Assembly (NCBI GenBank): GCA_014728175.1
Contig: WJMA01000015.1
Location: forward strand, 72,646 to 136,645
Length of the DNA stretch: 64,000 bases
Origin: Candidatus Fermentibacterota bacterium
GTDB lineage: Bacteria > Fermentibacterota > Fermentibacteria > Fermentibacterales > JCC-6
Direction: 5' to 3'
Part shown: positions 7,979 through 16,938 of the stretch, one piece after another
How positions within the stretch are numbered: the stretch's first letter is position 1
Layout: each line of letters begins with the position of its first letter
Position numbers and translations under genes: made by a program
Notes under the pieces: generated by a model
Seen by the model: the letters and a program-made list of their open reading frames with translations, nothing else
The model's database searches: none
What the model was told of the DNA's origin: nothing

Positions 7979-9852
7979 TAGTCGGCACCGCAGGTCACAT
8001 CGACCATGGCAAGAGCACGATCGTACAAAAACTCACCGGAACCGATCCCGACAGGCTGAAAGACGAGAAGGAGCGGGGAATTACCATTGAGTTGGGGTAC
8101 GCGTTCATGCCCCTGGCCGACGGCGGCGTCCTCTCCTTCATAGACGTTCCCGGTCACGAAAAATTCGTAAGACAGATGGTCGCCGGTATAGCTACGGTGG
8201 ACCTGTTCATGCTGGTGGTGGCCGCCGACGAGGGGGTGATGCCCCAGACCAGGGAGCATTTCGATGTCCTGAGGTTGCTGGAGGTGGACCGAGGCCTGGT
8301 GGTTCTCTCCAAGTGCGACCTGGTGGATGATGAGCTGCAGGATCTGGTCGAGTACGAGGTACGCCAGCTTTTGAGCGGCACGCCGACGGAGGGTGCGGAT
8401 GTCCTCAGAGTTTCCGCGGTTACCGGGCAGGGCATGGACGAGTTACGGGAAGACCTGAAGCGCATGGCAGGGGAAGTTCCGTTCAGGAGCCCTTCGGGGA
8501 ACTTCAGGTTGGCCATAGACAGGGTATTCGTTCTCAAGGGCTTCGGAACCATAGTGGGCGGCACCGCGCTGTCCGGTGTGGTGAGAATCGGTGACACGCT
8601 AGAGCTCCAGCCCGGAGCCAAGACTTATCGGGTCCGGGAGATGAGGGTCAACGAGGGCAGGTCCACCGAAGAGGGGAGCGCCGGAGACCGTATAGCGCTC
8701 AACATGGTGGGGCTGGAAAAGGAGGACGTGAACCGGGGATACGTGCTGGCCACCCCGGATTACGTCGAGCCTTTCGAGAGCCTGGATGCGTCCTGTACCA
8801 TGCTTCCCGGCGAGATAGACCTCAGCAACAGGATGAGGGTCCGCTTCCATACCGGAACCTCCGAGGTTATGGCTCGGGCTTTCCCTGCGGAGGGGAAGAC
8901 AATCCCCCCCGCCGGCACAGGTTTCGTTCACTTCCAGCTGGAAGGTCCGGTGGTGGCTCTGCCCGGCGACCGATTCGTAATCAGAAGGTACTCCCCCATA
9001 GTGACCATAGGCGGAGGCAAGATTCTGGAAACGGGCACCACCAAGATAAGGAAACGCCAGAAGGAGCGCCGGTTGAAAAGAATGGAAAAGCTCGCCCTTA
9101 TGGAGCCGGAAAGCATTCTTCGCCTTCAGGTGGAGGAGAATCCCGTCGAGGGCGTGACCATCGACCGGGTCGCCACGGAGTTCGGTCTTCCCGTTTCCGA
9201 GGTACAGAAGGCCCGGGACGCCCTTTGCTCCGAAGGGGTCGTAGAATCGGTGATGGACGGTTCGGTCGAAAGGATCATTTCCGGGCAGACCCTGGAGAGA
9301 GCCCAGAGCGACCTCAAGAACGCTCTGGAGAAGCACCACGGGAACAAGCCCCTCAGTCTGGGGGTTCCAACCGGCATGCTCCCCAGCCTGCTTCAGGGCT
9401 CCTATCCGAGCTGGCTTTTGAAGAACGTGGTAGCAAAAAACGAGAAGGATGGGACCATAGAGCGCAGAAACGACTACATAGCGCTTGCCGACCATCCCCC
9501 AGAGCTGCCCCCGGAACAGGCTCGAAAGGCCGGGGAGCTGATAGCAAGGGTGAACGAGATGGGCTTCGAGGGCGTGACTTCAAAAGGTGTTCCGAGCAGG
9601 AAACTTATGGAGGCCATGCTGGAGAGAAAGATGCTTCGGCGACTGGGAGAGGATCTGATTACGTCGAAGGAAATGGTCGAGAGAGCCCAAAGGCTGATAG
9701 AGGAGACCTTCGGTAAAGAAGGGTTTAGGCTGGCAGAGCTCAGGGACGCTCTGGGAACCTCACGCAAGAAGGCCCTTCTGTGGGCCGAGTTTCTCGACTC
9801 ACTGGGAAAAACGATAAGAAAGGGCGATCTCAGGTACCTGACCGACCGCTAA
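7969..9852 (+). CDS. selB: Selenocysteine-specific elongation factor
   Basis: GTAGHIDHGKS, ERGITIELGY, DVPGHEKF, C-terminal winged-helix region with SRK motif; overlaps selA. Confidence 0.95.
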   Translation: MGLIVGTAGHIDHGKSTIVQKLTGTDPDRLKDEKERGITIELGYAFMPLADGGVLSFIDVPGHEKFVRQMVAGIATVDLFMLVVAADEGVMPQTREHFDVLRLLEVDRGLVVLSKCDLVDDELQDLVEYEVRQLLSGTPTEGADVLRVSAVTGQGMDELREDLKRMAGEVPFRSPSGNFRLAIDRVFVLKGFGTIVGGTALSGVVRIGDTLELQPGAKTYRVREMRVNEGRSTEEGSAGDRIALNMVGLEKEDVNRGYVLATPDYVEPFESLDASCTMLPGEIDLSNRMRVRFHTGTSEVMARAFPAEGKTIPPAGTGFVHFQLEGPVVALPGDRFVIRRYSPIVTIGGGKILETGTTKIRKRQKERRLKRMEKLALMEPESILRLQVEENPVEGVTIDRVATEFGLPVSEVQKARDALCSEGVVESVMDGSVERIISGQTLERAQSDLKNALEKHHGNKPLSLGVPTGMLPSLLQGSYPSWLLKNVVAKNEKDGTIERRNDYIALADHPPELPPEQARKAGELIARVNEMGFEGVTSKGVPSRKLMEAMLERKMLRRLGEDLITSKEMVERAQRLIEETFGKEGFRLAELRDALGTSRKKALLWAEFLDSLGKTIRKGDLRYLTDR

Positions 9853-9892
9853 GACCACAGGACCTCTGAATCGTCCGCAACATGGAGGAACG

Positions 9893-11200
9893 ATGCACAT
9901 ATCGGTAGTGGGAACCGGATACGTCGGTCTGGTGGGGGCAACCTGCCTGGCCGAGATGGGCAACGACGTCATATGCGTGGACAGAGACCGCGACAAGATA
10001 GAGAAATTGAACAAGGAAATAATTCCCATATACGAGCCGGGCCTGGACGAGATGGTGGAGCGGAACGTGGAGGAGAATCGTCTCAGCTTCACCACTGACG
10101 TAGAGCATGGCGTCAAGGAGAGCAAGATCATATACATATCCGTGGGTACCCCTCCGGACGAGGACGGGTCCGCAGACCTGCAGCACGTTCTGTCGGTGGC
10201 CAGGGACATAGGCCGGCACATGAACGAATACAAGATAGTGGTGAACAAAAGCACCGTTCCGGTGGGCACTGCGGAGAAGGTGCGCAAGGAGATACTCTCC
10301 CAGACCGATTTTGCCGTCGATGTGGTGAGTAACCCCGAGTTCCTGAAGGAGGGCTCCGCGGTCGATGACTTCATGAAGCCCGACCGGGTGATCGTAGGAA
10401 CGGACTCCGAAGAGGTGGCGAAGGTAATGAATGACCTTTACGCTCCCTTCGTCCGTACAAACAACCCTATTCTGGTGATGAGCAACCGCAGCGCGGAGCT
10501 GACCAAGTACGTGGCCAATAGCCTGTTGGCAACCAGGATATCCTTCATGAACGAGATAGCCAACCTGTGCGACCGTATTAACGCGGACGTAAGAGACGTA
10601 AGGAGAGGCATAGGATCCGACAGAAGAATAGGTACCAGCTTCCTCTTCCCCGGAGTCGGTTTCGGTGGCTCCTGTTTCCCCAAGGACATCCGGGCCCTGC
10701 AAGCCACCAGTAAGGAAAACGGTTACCCACTCAGAATCCTTAACGCAGTAACCGGAGTTAACAGTGAACAGAAGAAGATACTGGTCGCTAAGGCGTTCTC
10801 CCACTTCGGAAAGGACCTGTCCGGGCTCCGTTTCGCACTCTGGGGGCTGTCCTTCAAGCCCAATACGGACGACATGCGGGAAGCCTCTTCGCTCACCATA
10901 ATCTCCGAGCTGCTGGACAAGGGCGCCGAGGTCTGTGCCTTCGACCCCAAGGCCATGGCCAACGCCAGGCATATACTGGGGGACTCCATCGATTACGCGG
11001 ATTCAAACTACGCGGCCTTGAAGGGAGCGGACGCTCTGATGGTAGCCACTGAGTGGACGGAGTTCAGAGAGCCGGACTTCCAGCGAATGATGGACCTCAT
11101 GAAGGCCCCGGTGGTTTTTGACGGTCGTAACATATTCAATCCCATTAAACTGCGAGATATGGGCTACACGTACTACGGTGTAGGAAGAGGCGAGTCGTGA
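9893..11200 (+). CDS. ugd: UDP-glucose 6-dehydrogenase
   Basis: GTGYVG, KSTVPVGT, NPEFLKEG, GFGGSCFPKD, FKPNTDDMRE. Confidence 0.93.
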   Translation: MHISVVGTGYVGLVGATCLAEMGNDVICVDRDRDKIEKLNKEIIPIYEPGLDEMVERNVEENRLSFTTDVEHGVKESKIIYISVGTPPDEDGSADLQHVLSVARDIGRHMNEYKIVVNKSTVPVGTAEKVRKEILSQTDFAVDVVSNPEFLKEGSAVDDFMKPDRVIVGTDSEEVAKVMNDLYAPFVRTNNPILVMSNRSAELTKYVANSLLATRISFMNEIANLCDRINADVRDVRRGIGSDRRIGTSFLFPGVGFGGSCFPKDIRALQATSKENGYPLRILNAVTGVNSEQKKILVAKAFSHFGKDLSGLRFALWGLSFKPNTDDMREASSLTIISELLDKGAEVCAFDPKAMANARHILGDSIDYADSNYAALKGADALMVATEWTEFREPDFQRMMDLMKAPVVFDGRNIFNPIKLRDMGYTYYGVGRGES

Positions 11201-12492
11201 CCGAGGCACCTTCCGTTGCCGTCCTGGGCCTTGGATACGTGGGCCTTCCGCTGGCCCTGGAGTTCGCCTCCGGCGGCTGCCGGGTCTACGGAATAGATAT
11301 CGACCCGGCAAAACCGAGGCTCCTCCTGGAGGAGAAGCGCAGCTACCTCAGGCACATCGAGTCGGCGAAAGTGCGTGAAGTCGTGGAGTCCGGAAACCTC
11401 CAGGCCGGGACCGACTTCTCCGTCCTGTCCGGCGTTAACGCAGCCATCATATGCGTCCCTACGCCCTTGGGCGGCTCCAGACAGCCCGACCTCAGCTTCG
11501 TTCTGGGTACCGCTGAGAAGATGGCGCCGTACATGAAAAAGGGCCAGCTGATCGTGCTGGAGTCCACCACCTATCCCGGCACGACCAGGGAAGAGCTGAA
11601 GCCCGTGCTGGAGAGGAGCGGGCTAAAAGCGGGAGTCGATTTTCACCTGGCCTTCTCCCCGGAGAGAGAGGACCCGGGCAACAGGAGGTTCACCACCAGG
11701 TCGATCCCCAAGCTGATTGGGGCGCTTACGCCGGAGGGAGCGGAGAAGGCTCGCGAGATATATGCTTACGCAGTAGAGAAGATGGTAATTGTAAGCTCTC
11801 CGGAAGTGGCGGAGATGGCCAAGATCACGGAGAACACGTACAGGGCAGTTAACATTGCGCTAGTTAACGAGCTTAAGGTGTTGGCGGATCGAATGGGGAT
11901 AGACATTTGGGAAGTTATAGAAGCAGCTTCCAGCAAGCCCTTCGGGTACACCCCTTTCTACCCGGGTCCGGGTTTAGGGGGACACTGTATTCCCATAGAC
12001 CCCTATTACCTGACGTGGAGGGCCAGGAAGTTCGGGATGCCCACCAGGTTCATTGAGCTGGCGGGAGAGGTAAATACGAGCATGCCGGAGTTCGTGGTGG
12101 GGAAGACAGCGAGGGCCCTGAACGACCGCAGGATGAGCGTTAAGGGAAGCAGCATACTTCTGCTGGGAATGGCCTACAAACCGGACATAGACGATTACAG
12201 GGAAACCCCGGCACTAAAGGTGCTGGAGAGCCTTTTAAAGCTGGGGGCGGAAGTGAGTTACAACGACCCCTATGTGCCGGAGATTCCGAAGGGTACCCGG
12301 CAGACGGACCTTACGATGGAATCGGTCGAACTGACGGAAGAACGTCTGCGTAAATCCGATTGCACGGTTGTCATAACCAATCACTCGTGCTACGATTACC
12401 AGTGGATAGTGGATCATTCCAACTTGGTGGTGGACACCAGAAACGCCTGTGCGGGAGTGGACGGAGCGGAAGAAAAGGTTGTGAAGGCGTGA
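11197..12492 (+). CDS. UDP-N-acetyl-hexosamine 6-dehydrogenase (WbpA/WecC family)
   Basis: GLGYVGLP, ESTTYPGTT, SPEREDPGN, GPGLGGHCIPIDP. Confidence 0.9.
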   Translation: MTEAPSVAVLGLGYVGLPLALEFASGGCRVYGIDIDPAKPRLLLEEKRSYLRHIESAKVREVVESGNLQAGTDFSVLSGVNAAIICVPTPLGGSRQPDLSFVLGTAEKMAPYMKKGQLIVLESTTYPGTTREELKPVLERSGLKAGVDFHLAFSPEREDPGNRRFTTRSIPKLIGALTPEGAEKAREIYAYAVEKMVIVSSPEVAEMAKITENTYRAVNIALVNELKVLADRMGIDIWEVIEAASSKPFGYTPFYPGPGLGGHCIPIDPYYLTWRARKFGMPTRFIELAGEVNTSMPEFVVGKTARALNDRRMSVKGSSILLLGMAYKPDIDDYRETPALKVLESLLKLGAEVSYNDPYVPEIPKGTRQTDLTMESVELTEERLRKSDCTVVITNHSCYDYQWIVDHSNLVVDTRNACAGVDGAEEKVVKA

Positions 12493-12917
12493 AAGGTTGC
12501 CTGCTGGCGCTGCCGTTGCTGGCCGCCGTGGCTCTGACCTCCGGCCTGGAGGAGTACTACGTTCCGGGGGTGGAGAGCGAAGGGGTTCAGATGAGCGTAC
12601 ATGTGTGGGGAGAGGTCCGTAATCCCGGTACCCACAGGGTTCCCGTCAACTCCGATCTGGTGGTGGCCCTCTCGGCGGCCGGTGGCCCCCTGTCCAGCGC
12701 CGATCTGGACGAGGTTCGAATCGTATACGACAGCCTGGAGATCGAGTACGACCTGGAGGCCTTCCTGCAGGCCGAGGGTAGCGCGGTGCCCGTTCTGAAG
12801 GCCGGAGCCACGGTCTACGTTCCCAGGGGGAGCTACGAATGGTGGAAGGACGCGGTGGACTTCGGCTATAAGATACTGGTGGCCGCGAACCTCATCTGGA
12901 TAATGACGGAGAGATGA
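12489..12917 (+). CDS. SLBB-domain polysaccharide export (Wza-like) short protein
   Basis: Signal-like N-terminus, VHVWGEVRNPG...ALSAAGG...ADL SLBB motif, hydrophobic C-terminal helix; GTG start overlaps upstream stop. Confidence 0.7.
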   Translation: MKGCLLALPLLAAVALTSGLEEYYVPGVESEGVQMSVHVWGEVRNPGTHRVPVNSDLVVALSAAGGPLSSADLDEVRIVYDSLEIEYDLEAFLQAEGSAVPVLKAGATVYVPRGSYEWWKDAVDFGYKILVAANLIWIMTER

Positions 12918-15139
12918 ACGACCGCATTTCCGACCGGGACACGATAAACCTGGCGGAGTACCTATGGCTTCTCCGCCGGGGCAAATGGATCATACTGGCT
13001 TTCGTTGTGGTCTCGGTGGCGGTAAGCGTATACATCACTCTGAGGACCGACCCGGTGTACAAATCGACCGGGACCTTCATATATAAGCCCAACAATACTA
13101 TAACCAGGGCTCTCGATATGTCTGGCGGCGTCTCGTGGTTCGAGGTAGAGACCTACCGGAACGATCAGATCGAGATTCTCAACAGCCGCAGCCTGGCGGA
13201 AGCTGTCGCCGACTCCATACTCAGGTCCCCGGACTCCGACAGCCTTATCGCCCTTCTGTTCGAGGGCGCGCCACCTCCCGGACCCAGGATAAGGGGCGCG
13301 TTGGCCGGGATGGCCAGGGGCAGAACTTCGGCCAGCATAAAGAAGGATACGGATTTCTTCGTTCTCTCGGCGACGGGGCACTCCCCGGCTTCGGCCGCCG
13401 CGCTGGCCAACGTGGTTATGCATACCTACTACAAGAGAAACCTTTCCCAGTCCCGCGGCGAGAACAGGGAGGTGCGCGAGTTCCTGGAGGAGCAGATGGA
13501 GCTGATGGCCGACAAGCTGGAGAACGATGAGGACTCCTTGCGGGCCTATAAGGAGCGCTTCGGTCTTGCCGACCTGGACGCGGAGACCAGGAGCCTGGTG
13601 AACCACCTGGCGAGCATACAGACCATGGAGAGCACGGCCAGTACCGCCATGGGAGAGGCCGAGGCCCGTCTGGAGTATCTTGGCAGACGCATCGATAATT
13701 ACCGCGCCGATCTGGGGGATGAACTGTCCGGTATAAACACCCCGCACATATCCCGGCTGCAGGATGAGATCTCGCGCCTGGAAACGGCCAGGTTGGAGCT
13801 GCTGTCGGAGGGGGAGAGTTACGACAGCCCGGTGGCCAGCGAGCTGGAGAGACAACTCGAGGATCGAAGGGCTGCCCTGGCGGAGGCCCTTAGGCAACAG
13901 GCTGAGGTTCTTTACCCGGCCGACCCCACCGGCGCCGTTCAGAGCCTGGTGAGCAGCCTGGCCCTGGCGGAGGCCGACTACAGGGCGGAGCAGACGAGAA
14001 CCCGGGTTCTTTCCCGGCTTTCATCCTCGTTGGAGGACAGCCTGTCCCAATTGCCGGAGATGGAGATGAGGTTGGCCCGGCTGGAGAGAAACCGCCAGGT
14101 CAGCGAAAACATCTACATTCTCCTCAGAACGAAGTATGAGGAGACCAGGATCTCCGAGGTGGGCCAGATAGGGGACGTAACCATAGTTGATACCGCTCTT
14201 CCCGGAAGCAAGATCAAGCCTTCCAAGAGGAGAAACGTCATCATGGGGCTTCTGGTGGGCCTGGCCCTGGGAGTGGGCACGGTCTTCCTCAAGGAGCAGT
14301 TGGACACCAGCATAAAGAACCCCGAGGACGTGGAGAACCTGGATATACCAGTTATCGGGGTGATACCCAGAATAGACAAATCGCAGTTCAAGAGGAAAGG
14401 AGTGATGCCCATAACCCACTCCGTTCCCAGGTCCCCGGCCAGCGAGGCGTACAGGGACCTGCGGACCAGCCTGCGATTCGCTCCCACCGAGGAGCCGATT
14501 CGAAGCATACTGGTGACCAGCGCCGGTCCCAGGGAGGGCAAGTCGATGACCGTGGCCAATCTGGCGGTCACCATAGCCCAAACCGGCCGCAAGGTGCTCA
14601 TAGTGGACACCGACCTGCGGCGCCCGGTCATGCACAACATCTTCGGCCTGGAAAGGGAGCCGGGGGTCTCCGAGGTGGTTGCCGGGATGAACTCGATAAG
14701 CCAGGCGGTCAAACCCGCCGATATAGAAAACCTGTTCGTGCTCACCTGTGGATACATCCCCCACAATCCCGCCGAGCTGGTGGGAAGCGTGAAGATGAGG
14801 AACCTGTCCGAGAAGCTCCTGGAGAGCTACGACTTCGTTCTGTACGACAGCCCTCCGGTGGCGGTGGTCACCGACCCCATACTGATAAGCTCGTTCGCCG
14901 ATTCTACCCTGGTGGTCGTAATGTCCAAGCTGGCCGACCGGAAGGTACTCAAATCCGCCTGGAGCAAGTTGCAGAGAACGGCCAAACACCTGTCCGGAGC
15001 GATCGTCAACGGCTTTGACCCGTTAAACGTGTACACCTCTTACGGCTACTACACGTACCGTTACCATTACTACTATTCGCAGCAGGGAAAGAGGAAGAGA
15101 AAGGTCCGCACCGGAGACCTACCCCACCGTAAAAAGTAG
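12914..15139 (+). CDS. wzc: Polysaccharide co-polymerase / BY tyrosine kinase (Wzc)
   Basis: Two TM helices flanking a coiled-coil, Walker A GPREGKS, DTDLRRP, YDSPP, C-terminal Tyr cluster YTSYGYYTYRYHYYY. Confidence 0.9.
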   Translation: MNDRISDRDTINLAEYLWLLRRGKWIILAFVVVSVAVSVYITLRTDPVYKSTGTFIYKPNNTITRALDMSGGVSWFEVETYRNDQIEILNSRSLAEAVADSILRSPDSDSLIALLFEGAPPPGPRIRGALAGMARGRTSASIKKDTDFFVLSATGHSPASAAALANVVMHTYYKRNLSQSRGENREVREFLEEQMELMADKLENDEDSLRAYKERFGLADLDAETRSLVNHLASIQTMESTASTAMGEAEARLEYLGRRIDNYRADLGDELSGINTPHISRLQDEISRLETARLELLSEGESYDSPVASELERQLEDRRAALAEALRQQAEVLYPADPTGAVQSLVSSLALAEADYRAEQTRTRVLSRLSSSLEDSLSQLPEMEMRLARLERNRQVSENIYILLRTKYEETRISEVGQIGDVTIVDTALPGSKIKPSKRRNVIMGLLVGLALGVGTVFLKEQLDTSIKNPEDVENLDIPVIGVIPRIDKSQFKRKGVMPITHSVPRSPASEAYRDLRTSLRFAPTEEPIRSILVTSAGPREGKSMTVANLAVTIAQTGRKVLIVDTDLRRPVMHNIFGLEREPGVSEVVAGMNSISQAVKPADIENLFVLTCGYIPHNPAELVGSVKMRNLSEKLLESYDFVLYDSPPVAVVTDPILISSFADSTLVVVMSKLADRKVLKSAWSKLQRTAKHLSGAIVNGFDPLNVYTSYGYYTYRYHYYYSQQGKRKRKVRTGDLPHRKK

Positions 15140-15233
15140 CTCACCAGCAATTTACCTTCGACGCAATCCGAACCGGCCTATGTCATATGTTTACTTGACA
15201 TTTCTTAACAGAGAGGGCCGTCCTGGCTCCCTA

Positions 15234-15286
15234 GTGGTGTAGAGTGTTATATAGTGGCTTGACAGTGGGGAAAAGTGGCATAGAAT
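15234..15286 (+). promoter_or_regulatory. dcw promoter with MraZ-type GTGG direct-repeat boxes
   Basis: GTGG/GTGT at 15234, 15244, 15254, 15265, 15275 (10-11 bp period) overlapping TTGACA(15259)-N16-TAGAAT(15281). Confidence 0.8.
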
Positions 15287-15303
15287 AGCTCCGGAGGGAT
15301 ACC

Positions 15304-15741
15304 ATGCCGGAGTTCACTGGGACACACACCCACACGCTGGACGAAAAGGGCAGGGTCAGCGTACCGGCCGCCTTCCGCAGACAGCTGACGGGAGAGGAAC
15401 TGTACGTGAACCTGGGGCTCGACGGATGCCTGGTTCTCTACACCCAGGAGAGATGGAGCAGCGTCAAGGAGGAGATAGCAGGTCTCTCCCGGGGCAAGAC
15501 CAATCAAAGGTTCTTCATGCGAAGGTTCGCCAGGTACCTCCGGGCGGTGAGTATCGACTCCCAGGGCAGGATATCCCTTCCTGCGGATCTCAGGGAGAAG
15601 GCCAGGATCGAGGACGAGGTTCTCTTCCTCGGGCAGTTCGACAGCATAGAGCTGTGGGCGCCGGATAGGTTCGAGAGGATCAGCGCCGAGGACGAGTACA
15701 GCTTCGAGCAGGCTGCAGAGGATCTTGGCATAGACATCTAG
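15304..15741 (+). CDS. mraZ: Division/cell wall cluster repressor MraZ
   Basis: LDEKGRVSVP and IDSQGRISLP duplicated SpoVT/AbrB motifs. Confidence 0.95.
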   Translation: MPEFTGTHTHTLDEKGRVSVPAAFRRQLTGEELYVNLGLDGCLVLYTQERWSSVKEEIAGLSRGKTNQRFFMRRFARYLRAVSIDSQGRISLPADLREKARIEDEVLFLGQFDSIELWAPDRFERISAEDEYSFEQAAEDLGIDI

Positions 15742-15763
15742 GTTCCCCGGAGGGCTGGTTTCG

Positions 15764-16648
15764 ATGACGCCACTCCTGGCAGGCCATGATCAGCCGGCCC
15801 ACGAGCCGGTGTTGCTGAACATGGTGTTGCGGTTTCTTCTGGGGGGTTCTCCCTCCGTTTTGGTGGATGGTACCGTGGGAGGCGGCGGTCATCTGCGGTC
15901 GATTCTCGAGGAATGCTCCCCGGATACCAGAATCATCGCCACCGATCGCGACCCCGATGCCGTCGAATCCCTGCGGAGAGAGCTGGGGTCCGACGACAGG
16001 GTCGTTCTGCGACAGGCCAGCTATGTTCGGGTTCCGACGATTCTATCCGAGTTGGACATCGGCCGGGCGGACGGCGCGCTTTTCGATCTGGGGCTCTCGT
16101 CCGTTCAGCTGGATTCCCCGGATCGGGGATTCTCTTACCGAATCAACGGGCCTTTGGACATGAGGTACGACCCGGGCTCGGGCGACCCGCCGGCCTCGGA
16201 GATACTGAACGAGCTGCCGCAGGAAATGATCGCCGACATCATCTACCATTACGGCGAGGAACGGCGAAGCAGGCGGATCGCCAGAACCATTGTGAGCTCG
16301 AGACCCCTTCGCACCACCGGCGATCTGGTACGGGCCGTATCCAGGGGATGCGGCCGTTACGACGTCAAGGCCCTATCCAGGGTTTTCCAGGCACTGAGAA
16401 TCAGGATAAACGATGAGCTGGGTCAGCTGGATTCTCTTCTGCGGGGGCTGGCCGAGTGGGTGGCGCCGGAGGGGCGGGTGGCCTTCCTAACCTTCCATTC
16501 GCTGGAGGATAGAAGGGTCAAAAGATTGTTTGCCGACAGCGACCTTTTCCGGCCCGCCGACCCGGCGTGGGTCTCTCCCGGTCCGGAGGAGAGGCGGAAG
16601 AATCCCAGGTCCAGGTCGGCCAAGTTGAGAATGGGGATCAGGGTATGA
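15764..16648 (+). CDS. rsmH: 16S rRNA m4C1402 methyltransferase
   Basis: HEPVL, DGTVGGGGH, DLGLSSVQLD, PLDMR, FHSLEDR, NPRSRSAKLR. Confidence 0.95.
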   Translation: MTPLLAGHDQPAHEPVLLNMVLRFLLGGSPSVLVDGTVGGGGHLRSILEECSPDTRIIATDRDPDAVESLRRELGSDDRVVLRQASYVRVPTILSELDIGRADGALFDLGLSSVQLDSPDRGFSYRINGPLDMRYDPGSGDPPASEILNELPQEMIADIIYHYGEERRSRRIARTIVSSRPLRTTGDLVRAVSRGCGRYDVKALSRVFQALRIRINDELGQLDSLLRGLAEWVAPEGRVAFLTFHSLEDRRVKRLFADSDLFRPADPAWVSPGPEERRKNPRSRSAKLRMGIRV

Positions 16649-16938
16649 GGTCTCCGAGAGCCAGCCTTGCTCTGATAGTTGCTATAGCCGCTGCAATCAT
16701 GGCGGTAGCGGAGGTGGCCATGCATAACCTGGGTGTGGCGATAGCCCTTCAGATGGAGACTCTGATAGAGCAAAGGGATGGGCTCTTAAGGCAGAAGGAG
16801 GACCTGGAGGCGACGCTGGGGATTCTTCTGGCTCCCTGCAGGCTAGAGAACGTGGGGAAGAAGCTTGGTCTGCGACCACTGCCCGTGGAGAGGTTCGCGG
16901 TGGTGGAACCATCTACGGAGAGTGAGGATCTTGAGTAG
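16645..16938 (+). CDS. ftsL: Probable cell division protein FtsL
   Basis: Short TM plus leucine coiled-coil protein at the canonical position between rsmH and ftsI. Confidence 0.65.
   Translation: MRSPRASLALIVAIAAAIMAVAEVAMHNLGVAIALQMETLIEQRDGLLRQKEDLEATLGILLAPCRLENVGKKLGLRPLPVERFAVVEPSTESEDLE

Noticed and set aside
15244-15258. NrdR box upstream of mraZ (ATATAGTG half-site)
   Set aside because: Only half of the NrdR palindrome matches; better explained as part of the MraZ repeats.
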